Source: an uncultured Ruminococcus sp.
Lineage (GTDB): Bacteria; Bacillota; Clostridia; Oscillospirales; Acutalibacteraceae
Reading direction: 5' to 3'
DNA length: 64,000 bases
Assembly: GCA_902793125.1 (NCBI GenBank)
Contig: CADBCC010000008.1
Coordinates: 1,492-65,491 of the forward strand
Shown here: positions 1 to 8,190 of the stretch, piece after piece
How positions within the stretch are numbered: the first letter of the stretch is position 1
How the letters are laid out: each line of letters opens with the position of its first letter
Notes under the pieces: generated by a model
What the model was told of the DNA's origin: nothing
Databases searched by the model: none
Seen by the model: the letters and a program-made list of their open reading frames with translations, nothing else
Translations under genes and position numbers: made by a program

Positions 1-32
1 ATCAAGCCTATAGAGAGATAAAAAAACGATAT

Positions 33-944
33 TTGATTCCACTAACACCATATAGTATTAAATTTAACAGTTTAAGGAAAAACAACATTAAAACTATTCT
101 TTTAAGTTTTAAATCTGTCGAAAAAAACAATAACGATTATTTGTTTTATTATGATAATGATATCCTTTTAAAAGGTCTACTTGGAGATATTGAATTGTTT
201 TTTATCAAAGCATTATTACAAAAGAATGATGCACTAATATGCAACTCGTTGGAATTATCTGCAAATTGGAATATAGTCACATACTATTATTATTCGTTTT
301 TTTATGCATCTCTGTTTTTACGTTTATGTTTTCGTGGTAATATTTTTTTAGAGGATAGTATACGCAAAACTCTTGAGGAATTAATAAAAACAGTATTAAA
401 CGAAAGCAACATTTTGCTTGACTCCAATATGTTTTACACAGTCGAAAAGAAAGATAATGAATATGTATTGCGACTGTCTAAAAGTGAGTTAAACACACAT
501 GAAGTTGTGTGGAAAAAACTTAACGAATTAATTAAAGAGATAAAAACCTATTCGGACCTAAAAACAGACGAAAACACTATTTTGAATAATATTATTAATA
601 TTAATTCAAAAATCGGAGCTACTTATCCATCAAAACTAAGAAACAAAGTTAATTATCAACCGTTATTTGGTTTAGATAGTATAAATAAGAATATACATAA
701 TATAAGTCAGACCGAAAACTGGGGACAATTCTTCCTAATGCCTTCGAAAGATTTGACAATAGGAGGTAGTATAGATTCTCATTCAAATGCAATGTACTCA
801 TATACAATGTATATAGATTCATTCTGTAATAATCTTATTTGCGAGTATTATGAAATACAAGGCAAAGAAAATGGTATACTAAAAAATATTAATAAAAATA
901 GAGAAAAAAAGATAGTGTTACCTGAATTGAGAATGACATATTAG
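33..944 (+). CDS. hypothetical protein (5' end possibly outside window)
   Basis: 303-codon ORF in strongly AT-rich DNA. The frame stays open back to nt 3, so the true start may lie upstream of the window. No assignable motif. A convergent hairpin follows. Confidence 0.5.
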   Translation: MIPLTPYSIKFNSLRKNNIKTILLSFKSVEKNNNDYLFYYDNDILLKGLLGDIELFFIKALLQKNDALICNSLELSANWNIVTYYYYSFFYASLFLRLCFRGNIFLEDSIRKTLEELIKTVLNESNILLDSNMFYTVEKKDNEYVLRLSKSELNTHEVVWKKLNELIKEIKTYSDLKTDENTILNNIININSKIGATYPSKLRNKVNYQPLFGLDSINKNIHNISQTENWGQFFLMPSKDLTIGGSIDSHSNAMYSYTMYIDSFCNNLICEYYEIQGKENGILKNINKNREKKIVLPELRMTY

Positions 945-954
945 ATACGAAATA

Positions 955-990
955 AAGCAGTTGCTATCTGAAATATTATAGTAACTGCTT
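955..990. terminator. hairpin between convergent genes
   Basis: AAGCAGTT (955-962) pairs with AACTGCTT (983-990). Flanks are A/T-rich on both sides. Confidence 0.45.
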
Positions 991-991
991 A

Positions 992-2968
992 TTATATTTT
1001 CTCAATTCCCAGCTCTTTGAGATAGTTATACGTCTCATCATAAAACTCGCGTTTACGAGAGTGGTCGGAATCAGAACCTTCTGGGATGAAGATTACCATA
1101 CCCTGTCTGGCGCGGGTTAGAAGAACGCGGTAGGCGTTTTTGAGGTAGAGGCGCCGGTCCTCGTTGTTAACGTTCTGCCATTTGTTACCTGAAAAGTTAT
1201 TGTATGTCCACTTGCCATTTGTCATACGGAAGTCGGCATCCCAAGCGACAATAGTGTAATCAAGCTCCAACCCCTGAATGTCAAACTCCGTGACAACATC
1301 TTCCAGAGCATAACTGCTGCGAACATCATCTTTGCCGTTAAGGAACCAGTTTGCAACGTTAATATCATTTTTAACGAAGATGCCATCAGGTTTTAAGCGA
1401 ATTGCGCCGGAGCTTGCAAGCAGGCCATAACGTGTTGTTCCTTGACCTTTGCTCCGCACCCATTCCTTTGCCACGTTAATATTACGTGTAATATAAATCG
1501 GATATTTATCCCTAATATGATCATATAGTTCCTTTGCAGCATCAGTATCAATATCGAGTAAAGCCTTAACAAATGCTGCAAGGTCAGGTGTTCTAAATGA
1601 TCGCACTGAGGTTGCGAGGTGAAGCTTTTTATTTTCAGTTACATTAAGCCCGCCAATCATATCCTGCCATTCTCTGTCGCGGCGATACTCTTCGTCGTTT
1701 AGCTGCGGTGTGATATAGACATCCCAATCAGGGAAAGCCCTGCGAAGTGAATCAAACCATTCCGGCAATCCAGCCTCACCAGTGTTAATTTCTTGACCGC
1801 CGCCGACTAAACAAATAATAACCGACCAATCCGCGTGACGGTCCATTGTGCTAATCAAAAACTCGGGCTCGCTGTACTCAAAGTTGGCGACGCCCTTTTT
1901 TGTCGCCATAAAACTTGAAATCATCTCGCGGGTCCACGCTCGTTGAGCTTCATCGAAAATCGCGACGCGCTCAGGAGGAACATTATCATTACCAACAAAG
2001 GAATCGCGATACTTGTGAATAATCTGAATAAACGCAGAGGTTGAACGCAAGGCGTCCTTCTTAGTAAGCCTTTCGCCATTTTGTTTTGCCTGTTGAACAC
2101 TATCACGTGCGAGAGCTTCCTGCAAAACCTGTACAAGCGGGAAGTTACCGGAAAGGAAAACTGCGTGTTCACCCTCAGCCGCGTTTGATCGCTGAATTGC
2201 GATGTTAAGACCGACCAAGGTTTTTCCTGCTCCGGGAACTCCGGTAACAAAGCAAATGGTTTTTCTATGATAAGCTTTGCTGTACTCTATAATATTGTTA
2301 ATCTCGTCTGTCGTTACAGTAAGGTTTTCAACTCCAGCGTCACTACGCGTAATATCCTCAACATTGTGTCCGCGGTAGAGCGCTTGCGCAGCCTCAACGA
2401 TAGTCGGCGTCGGCAAATATTCAGAATTAACCCATTTGTTATAGTCAAAGTCTTGTTCATTATATTTCTCTACAACCTGTAAAATAGAGCTTCCAATGTT
2501 GCTCGCGTTGCAGCGCAGCGGCTCAATTATCTTCTCATTTTCTATAATTTGATTGTCAACTGCTGGCGCATTAGTAGAAATCATTATAGGGACAAGCAGC
2601 TTATCGTGGCTTTCCTTCTGGAAGTTACGCAAATCAAGTGCGTAATCGTAAACTTGGTCGTATGTAGATGCGCGGTACTCGCGGTCCCCGCACTTGAACT
2701 CAAGCAGAAAAACAATATTGCGATACAACACAACGTTGTCGACGCGCTTACCCATTCGCGGAATGCTGTACTCGAAAATCAACTCGCCTTCCTCGAGCTC
2801 TGAAAGCTGATCCTTAAGAATCGCAATCTCCTGCTGCCACGTGTTACTCTGCTGGATACGCGTATCGGCCGAGATGTCATTTGAATGGATAATACCGATA
2901 ATCTCAGCCTCGCTCTGCCGCATAAATTTTTCAGTTTTCGCGTGATAATAACACCTTAAATTGCGCAT
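992..2968 (-). CDS. PD-(D/E)xK nuclease-like domain fused to DUF2075/Schlafen-type P-loop helicase-like ATPase
   Basis: AGGAG RBS 6 nt upstream of the ATG. N-terminal D...EFK core (VDNVVLYRNIVFLLEFK). Walker A GVPGAGKT, Walker B-like IFDEAQR, C-terminal LLTRARQGMVIF (SF1 motif VI-like). Confidence 0.75.
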   Translation of the reverse strand: MRNLRCYYHAKTEKFMRQSEAEIIGIIHSNDISADTRIQQSNTWQQEIAILKDQLSELEEGELIFEYSIPRMGKRVDNVVLYRNIVFLLEFKCGDREYRASTYDQVYDYALDLRNFQKESHDKLLVPIMISTNAPAVDNQIIENEKIIEPLRCNASNIGSSILQVVEKYNEQDFDYNKWVNSEYLPTPTIVEAAQALYRGHNVEDITRSDAGVENLTVTTDEINNIIEYSKAYHRKTICFVTGVPGAGKTLVGLNIAIQRSNAAEGEHAVFLSGNFPLVQVLQEALARDSVQQAKQNGERLTKKDALRSTSAFIQIIHKYRDSFVGNDNVPPERVAIFDEAQRAWTREMISSFMATKKGVANFEYSEPEFLISTMDRHADWSVIICLVGGGQEINTGEAGLPEWFDSLRRAFPDWDVYITPQLNDEEYRRDREWQDMIGGLNVTENKKLHLATSVRSFRTPDLAAFVKALLDIDTDAAKELYDHIRDKYPIYITRNINVAKEWVRSKGQGTTRYGLLASSGAIRLKPDGIFVKNDINVANWFLNGKDDVRSSYALEDVVTEFDIQGLELDYTIVAWDADFRMTNGKWTYNNFSGNKWQNVNNEDRRLYLKNAYRVLLTRARQGMVIFIPEGSDSDHSRKREFYDETYNYLKELGIEKI

Positions 2969-2981
2969 AATAACTCCTATA

Positions 2982-3263
2982 TTAATTGCATTTTGAAATC
3001 TTTAAAGATAAAATATCTATTTGCATTTGAAGTTCAGTGGCGATTGCTTCATCAGTTGCCTTATCAAAAGGAATTGAACTGACAATCAATCTTTCTGTTG
3101 TGACTTTACTCACATCCGGATCCGAACTCCGTAGTTCCATAATTTTTTTGATTGCGTCCTCTCTATTTAGATAACCTTTTGCCTTGTATTCTTCAATTAG
3201 TTTTTTTCTCTCTGAAATATCTTTTAACATTGATTCTTTATCATAAATGTTTTTTTTATTCAA
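2982..3263 (-). CDS. small hypothetical protein (93 aa, start uncertain)
   Basis: ORF ends 13 nt upstream of the DUF2075 gene. TTG start with a poorly spaced GGAG; an internal ATG at 3230 is possible. AT-rich, charged helical sequence. Confidence 0.4.
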   Translation of the reverse strand: MNKKNIYDKESMLKDISERKKLIEEYKAKGYLNREDAIKKIMELRSSDPDVSKVTTERLIVSSIPFDKATDEAIATELQMQIDILSLKISKCN

Positions 3264-3288
3264 TATTAATCATCTCCATAATTATTTA

Positions 3289-3825
3289 TCACTTATCAAA
3301 CGAGCAAGTTCTTATGTACTGCTGTATATCAGCGCCTTGTTTCAGGTAGCGCAGGAGTATCTCGGCGCAGGCGCGGCTGTCGCTGTCCGCCTGATGATGG
3401 TTCAGGCTGATACCCAAGCGGTCGCAGTCGTCGTTCAACCTGTGGCTTACTCCGGGGTAAAGCCTTCTGCCAAGCTGTACGGTGCAGGTGTAGCGGGTGT
3501 ATGGCTTCCAGTTTATCCTATAATCGCGCAGGCATTTTTTCAGCACGTTCATATCAAATACGGCATTGTGCGCGACAAGCAACCCGCTCGACATAATCGG
3601 CTCTATCTCTTTCCAAAGCTCGGGAAAAGTCGGCGCGTTCGCAACCATTTTCTCGTCGATTCCCGTTAAATCAATATTGAAAGCGTCGAACCGCTGCTCG
3701 GGATTTACGAGCGAATAAAACTCGTCGACAATCTCGCCGTCCTCAATGACGGTGATTCCGATAGCGCTCATCCGATTGTTATAGCTATTCGGCGTTTCAA
3801 CGTCAAGCACAATAAATCGCGACAT
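3289..3825 (-). CDS. DEDDh 3'-5' exonuclease (DnaQ/epsilon-like)
   Basis: ExoI VLDVETP, ExoII AHNAVFDMNVL, ExoIII HHQADSDS. Start set at MSRFIVLDVE (AGGGGA RBS 7 nt upstream); in-frame ATGs at 3855 and 3936 are less likely. Confidence 0.8.
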   Translation of the reverse strand: MSRFIVLDVETPNSYNNRMSAIGITVIEDGEIVDEFYSLVNPEQRFDAFNIDLTGIDEKMVANAPTFPELWKEIEPIMSSGLLVAHNAVFDMNVLKKCLRDYRINWKPYTRYTCTVQLGRRLYPGVSHRLNDDCDRLGISLNHHQADSDSRACAEILLRYLKQGADIQQYIRTCSFDK

Positions 3826-3859
3826 TCTAAAGTCCCCTGAATCTTCACTTTCCATTGTT

Positions 3860-4612
3860 TTATAATTCTCTGGAAAATGGTTCTTTCTTTCCGTCAACTT
3901 TAACTGTTCCCCAATTTGTTGACAGGAACTGTTCAATTAATTCGTTATATTTTTCATAACGCTTAGGATGAATTGCAAATATATAAGAGCGCTGTGTTCC
4001 TCGATGAAAAGTTAGAACTATGATTTTAGCGCCAATCGACTCCAATTCACGCATTTTTGATTCCCATACCGATTGTTTTCTTCGGGCTTTGTGGCAATAA
4101 TATACAATATCTTTTTTGGCATTATAATAGTCCGCTAACTCACCGATACCTGCGTACTTTTCTCCGTTTTTTCTTGTGAGCTTATTATCCACAGCAGAGC
4201 CATTATCGGGATCGGCAAAAACAAGCTCAACACCATTTAATGCTTTCAACGCATTGTTATGCCAAGTATCTCTGATTGATTTTCTTTCTTGGCGAGCTGT
4301 TTCTGAAACAGTCGGAATTATATCGTGATAGTAAACCGCGTTAGGAATTATATTATTATCTTCTAATTGTTCGACTTTTTTATCATCCCTGAAAGCGAAC
4401 CTTTTTAGTATGTCGAAAAGCTCTGGATCATAACATTTGTCGCCATTCTCCCTTTCATTATTAAGATAGTTATTGATATTACCGTCAATAACTATTTTAT
4501 CGTTTTCACTTAGATACCAGTTAACTCCGATCTTTATACCGTGTTCAGAAAGAAATCGCAGAAGTCCATATTTCCCATAATCGCCGATGTCACCAATATA
4601 CTGATTTTTCAT
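3860..4612 (-). CDS. conserved-looking hypothetical protein (GDIGDYGKYGLLR and FADPDNG motifs)
   Basis: 250-aa ORF with AAGAGG RBS, immediately upstream of the exonuclease gene. The N-terminal GDxGDxxK..LL and central DPDNG motifs faintly recall the RlmJ-like methyltransferase-fold motifs GNxxDxxKH and DPPY. This is from memory and low confidence. Confidence 0.6.
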   Translation of the reverse strand: MKNQYIGDIGDYGKYGLLRFLSEHGIKIGVNWYLSENDKIVIDGNINNYLNNERENGDKCYDPELFDILKRFAFRDDKKVEQLEDNNIIPNAVYYHDIIPTVSETARQERKSIRDTWHNNALKALNGVELVFADPDNGSAVDNKLTRKNGEKYAGIGELADYYNAKKDIVYYCHKARRKQSVWESKMRELESIGAKIIVLTFHRGTQRSYIFAIHPKRYEKYNELIEQFLSTNWGTVKVDGKKEPFSREL

Positions 4613-4630
4613 AATTTGCCTCTTTCTAAA

Positions 4631-4726
4631 TCAATCCCCTCTTACCATCTTGAACATACCGGGACCGTCCCAGTCGCAGGGGCGTTCCTCAAAGCCGTAT
4701 TTCTGATAGAAACCGACAGTTTCCTT
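4631..4726 (-). pseudogene. 3' remnant of a GNAT-type acetyltransferase gene
   Basis: The minus strand reads ..VGFYQKYGFEERPCDWDGPGMFKMVRGD*, a typical GNAT C-terminus. It is preceded by in-frame stops and has no N-terminal part. It overlaps the read-through tail of the hydrolase ORF. Confidence 0.45.
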
Positions 4727-5315
4727 TCATTACCCAAGAGTCCAAAAACCGCATCTGCTCGTCGGTGTGGAACCAGTGCTCGCTGTTCTCCATAACGGTC
4801 AAGCTTGCGCCGTGCTTTTCGGAAAACGCGGAAATCGTATCATAGGAAGTCAGCTCGTCACGGCTCCCGTAAAGAATTTCAGTGGGAACAATCCACTCGA
4901 CAGTGTGCTCCCTGACGTAACACAGATAGTCCCATGACAAGTCCTCCCCGAACGAGGTGGAGATTGTTCCTTGGGATTTGAGCTCGTCCTCGGTGACATT
5001 CGCCCATGACATCATATCGGTAATCAGCTTTTCCATATCGACAATCGGCGAAATAAAAAACGCCTTTTTAATCATCGAATCAATACCGGCTTTCATAGAG
5101 AAAAACGCGCCGATGCTGTTCGCAATCAGGATTACGCTGTCGTATTCGGTTTTCAGCTTTTCTACGGCGGAGTGTATTTCTTTTCCCGTTTCCCACGGAG
5201 TAAAGGTCTTGTAGTCCAGACCGATAACATCGCAGTTGGGGAACAAGGGCTTGTAATGCTCACTCTCGGACGCGCTGCCGCCCTTGCCGTGTATGTAAAT
5301 AACAGCGGTTTTCAT
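4689..5315 (-). CDS. alpha/beta hydrolase (serine esterase-like)
   Basis: MKTAVIYIHGKGG N-terminus and nucleophile elbow ANSIGA (GxSxG-like). AGGAG RBS 9 nt upstream of the ATG at 5315. The extreme C-terminus may run into the GNAT remnant. Confidence 0.75.
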   Translation of the reverse strand: MKTAVIYIHGKGGSASESEHYKPLFPNCDVIGLDYKTFTPWETGKEIHSAVEKLKTEYDSVILIANSIGAFFSMKAGIDSMIKKAFFISPIVDMEKLITDMMSWANVTEDELKSQGTISTSFGEDLSWDYLCYVREHTVEWIVPTEILYGSRDELTSYDTISAFSEKHGASLTVMENSEHWFHTDEQMRFLDSWVMKGNCRFLSEIRL

Positions 5316-5332
5316 AGCATTATCTCCTAAAA

Positions 5333-5851
5333 TCATTCACCGTTCTGAACACACAATTCTCCGTAAAGCTCTTTGCTTAAGCTGAAGATATCCTTGTCAA
5401 ATAAAACAATAAATACATTCATTTCGTTTGCTGATAAAAAATTACATATTTCATTTACCGCTATTTGCAGCGCTTGTTTTTTCGGATAACCGTACACTCC
5501 TGCCGATATCAGCGGAAAAGCAACCGTACCGCAATGACTCTGCTTTGCGAGTTCAAGAGAGTTTCTGTAGCATGCAATCAGTTTTTCTTCCTCGTGATTG
5601 CACCCTCCTCTCCAGATAGGTCCAACCGTATGAATAACATACTTACAGGGGAGATTATACCCGTTTGTGATTTTTGCCCCACCCGTCTTGCAGCCTCCCA
5701 GTTCTCTGCATTCTCTCAGCAAATCGGGACCGGCAGCTCTGTGAATAGCTCCGTCAACGCCTCCGCCGCCGAGCAATGTAGTATTCGCGGCGTTTACTAT
5801 AGCGTCACATTTAATTTTTGTTATATCATTTCGGATAATCTGAACAGGCAT
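5333..5851 (-). CDS. macrodomain protein (ADP-ribose binding / O-acetyl-ADP-ribose deacetylase-like)
   Basis: [26 protein letters not shown] and YVIHTVGP motifs, typical of YmdB/MacroD-type macrodomains. Confidence 0.88.
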   Translation of the reverse strand: MPVQIIRNDITKIKCDAIVNAANTTLLGGGGVDGAIHRAAGPDLLRECRELGGCKTGGAKITNGYNLPCKYVIHTVGPIWRGGCNHEEEKLIACYRNSLELAKQSHCGTVAFPLISAGVYGYPKKQALQIAVNEICNFLSANEMNVFIVLFDKDIFSLSKELYGELCVQNGE

Positions 5852-5909
5852 AATTTATCTCATCTCCTCGGGGACAGAGTTAATAATATTTATTTTACAC
5901 TGCGCCAAG

Positions 5910-6068
5910 CTATATGTCAAAGAAATCTTCGTCATAAAAGTTCGGCTCATTATCCGCATCGTCATTCATAATTTCCTCCATAACGGCAAAGCCTGTGGCT
6001 TCTTCCATAAAGTCTGTATGACCGTCGCCGTCAAAGTCAAACATACCGCCGAAAATATCATCAAACAT
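5910..6068 (-). CDS. 52-aa highly acidic microprotein
   Basis: Not in the ORF track (<60 aa). ATG at 6068 is preceded by a strong AAGGAGG RBS. Sequence: MFDDIFGGMFDFDGDGHTDFMEEATGFAVMEEIMNDDADNEPNFYDEDFFDI*. Confidence 0.6.
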   Translation of the reverse strand: MFDDIFGGMFDFDGDGHTDFMEEATGFAVMEEIMNDDADNEPNFYDEDFFDI

Positions 6069-6225
6069 AGTGTACCTCCTTGCAATTCAGGTTGATATTT
6101 CTTCTTATACCCATTATATAAAAATCGCTGTCCCATAAAACTCCCTGTGATTTTACAAGCAAGGTTACAAGCAAGAATGCCAGGCACGACATTGCGTCAC
6201 ACCTGACCTGTTTTGTTATATATAA

Positions 6226-6480
6226 TTATTTTGGATAAATCTCCGCCATAATCTTTATGCCGAGCTTGAAACTGGCGAGGAAGGCGTCCTTTTCCGTTAG
6301 GGCGATGAGGGTACTTTGATTGTCAATCAGCTTATCCAAAGCGTACCGCTGTAAATCGGAATGAGATAATCCTGAAGTACAGCAAACTTTTTATTATTCT
6401 TCTTTATTGCGGTTACGGTTTCTTTACTGTGTTCATACTCATTCAGGGGAGAAAGGTTCCCGTATTGACACTGATAAGTG
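6226..6480 (-). pseudogene. frameshifted remnant of a small helical protein gene
   Basis: The minus strand reads ..QYGNLSPLNEYEHSKETVTAIKKNNKKFAVLQDYL, then a frame change, then DLQRYALDKLIDNQSTLIALTEKDAFLASFKLGIKIMAEIYPK*. From memory it resembles small proteins common on clostridial mobile elements. No intact start. Confidence 0.35.
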
Positions 6481-6675
6481 TGACATGATTTTCGCTTATA
6501 ATCAGTTTATAAAATGCCGGAAAGACCCTTGCGAGTAAAAACTCAAGCAAGTCATCAAAGTCAAAAGCCGGTAAGACTTTAGCTAATCATAAAAACACTA
6601 AGCACAAATAATTAAATTTGCCCTTGATTGTAAATTGCAGTCAGGGGTATTTTTACCGCGGAAAAGTCCTATTCC

Positions 6676-6791
6676 CTCATAAAAGTGTAGTGAACCGCTG
6701 ATAATTCACTCATAAAACGTGCTAAATCTTTAAAAATTCGCTCATAAAATGTGATTTAAGTATTGATAATTCGCTCATATTTTGTTATACT
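6676..6791 (+). promoter_or_regulatory. promoter with four phased direct repeats upstream of the AAA ATPase gene
   Basis: CTCATAAAAGTG / CTCATAAAACGTG / CTCATAAAATGTG / CTCATATTTTGT start at 6676, 6709, 6741 and 6774 (about 32-33 bp phasing). Putative -35 TTGATA (6763-6768), 17-nt spacer, -10 TATACT (6786-6791). Confidence 0.45.
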
Positions 6792-6811
6792 ATCTGTAAA
6801 GGAGTGATTGT

Positions 6812-8146
6812 ATGGCTTATCTAAAGCGCAGAATAGACGTATTTCTTACTGAATGGAAGGAAGATGCGGACAGAAAGCCTCTGATTGTCAAAGGTCCCCG
6901 CCAAGTCGGCAAGACCGAGTCCATAAAAAAATTCGCCGACGCCAACTACGAAAGTGTTGTTGAAATAAACTTCTACGAGGAGCCCAAGTACAAGAGCATT
7001 ATAAACGACGGCTACAGCGCCGCAGATATTATCAAGAACATCTCTCTGCTCGACCCGTCCAAGAGTTTTGTAGAGGGCAAAACCCTGCTCTTCTTCGACG
7101 AAATCCAGGAGCTTCCCGAGATTGCCACATCGCTCAAGTTTTTCAAAACCGACGGCCGCTTTGATGTAATCTGCAGCGGTTCTCTGCTCGGAATCCACTA
7201 CAAGCGTATCGAGAGCAACAGCGTCGGCTACAAGACCGACTACGAGATGTACTCGATGGATTTTGAGGAGTACCTGTGGGCGCTCGGCTACGGCGACAAC
7301 TTCATTGAGGATATGCTCGCTCACATGAAAGAACTCAAGCCGTTCTCGGATGTCGAGTTCAAGGTTTTCGACAGGCTGTTCCTCGACTACTGCGTTCTCG
7401 GCGGTATGCCCGCGGTTGTTCGTGACTTTGTCGAAAAGAAAAGCTTTGAGGGCAGTCTCGCTACTCAGCGTCAGCTTATGCTCGACTATGAGGAGGACAT
7501 CCGTAAGTATGCCGAGGGGCTTGACCAGGGCAAAATCCTGAGTGTTTTCCGCAGTATTCCCGCGCAGCTCGCTAAGGATAACAAGAAGTTTCAGTTCACA
7601 AAAATTTCAAAAGGCGCGAGAGCGAAGGACTACGTGGACTGTATTGAGTGGCTGAATGACGCGGGGCTGATTAACATCTGCTACTGTCTCAACTTCCCCG
7701 AGCTGCCGCTCAAGGGCAACTACGACAGCTCTAAGTTCAAGATATATCTCCGCGACACGGGACTGCTGATTTCTATGCTCGACGAAGAGGCGCAGGACGA
7801 CCTGAGAGCTAATCAGAATCTCGGCGTTTACAAAGGCGCTCTGTACGAGAACATCGTCGGCGAGGCGCTCGTGAAATCGGGCTGTCAGCTTTACTATTAC
7901 AAGCGGGATAACTCCACCCTGGAGGAGGACTTTTTCGTAAGGACAAAAGACTCGCTCGTCCCGGTAGAGGTCAAGGCGGGCAACAACCGCTCCAAGTCCC
8001 TGCAGACGCTGATTTCAGGCAAAAATTACAGTGACATAAACTTCGGAATAAAACTCTGCCGCGCCAATATCGGATATCAGAACGATATCTATACCTTCCC
8101 CTACTTCTGTGCGTTCCTGCTGAAACGCTTTTTGAAGGGGAAATAG
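6812..8146 (+). CDS. AAA+ ATPase of the AAA_14/DUF4143 type
   Basis: Walker A GPRQVGKT and Walker B LLFFDEIQ. The ~440-aa length and overall sequence are typical of DUF4143 ATPases. AAAGGAG RBS. Confidence 0.8.
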   Translation: MAYLKRRIDVFLTEWKEDADRKPLIVKGPRQVGKTESIKKFADANYESVVEINFYEEPKYKSIINDGYSAADIIKNISLLDPSKSFVEGKTLLFFDEIQELPEIATSLKFFKTDGRFDVICSGSLLGIHYKRIESNSVGYKTDYEMYSMDFEEYLWALGYGDNFIEDMLAHMKELKPFSDVEFKVFDRLFLDYCVLGGMPAVVRDFVEKKSFEGSLATQRQLMLDYEEDIRKYAEGLDQGKILSVFRSIPAQLAKDNKKFQFTKISKGARAKDYVDCIEWLNDAGLINICYCLNFPELPLKGNYDSSKFKIYLRDTGLLISMLDEEAQDDLRANQNLGVYKGALYENIVGEALVKSGCQLYYYKRDNSTLEEDFFVRTKDSLVPVEVKAGNNRSKSLQTLISGKNYSDINFGIKLCRANIGYQNDIYTFPYFCAFLLKRFLKGK

Positions 8147-8190
8147 TTGGTAGAGTCGGAAAAAAATCAAAAGAATGAAAAGGAAACGTC

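Noticed and set aside
5966-6187. 73-aa track ORF
   Set aside because: It has no RBS and an odd composition. It overlaps in a different frame the 52-aa acidic ORF, which has a consensus AAGGAGG RBS.
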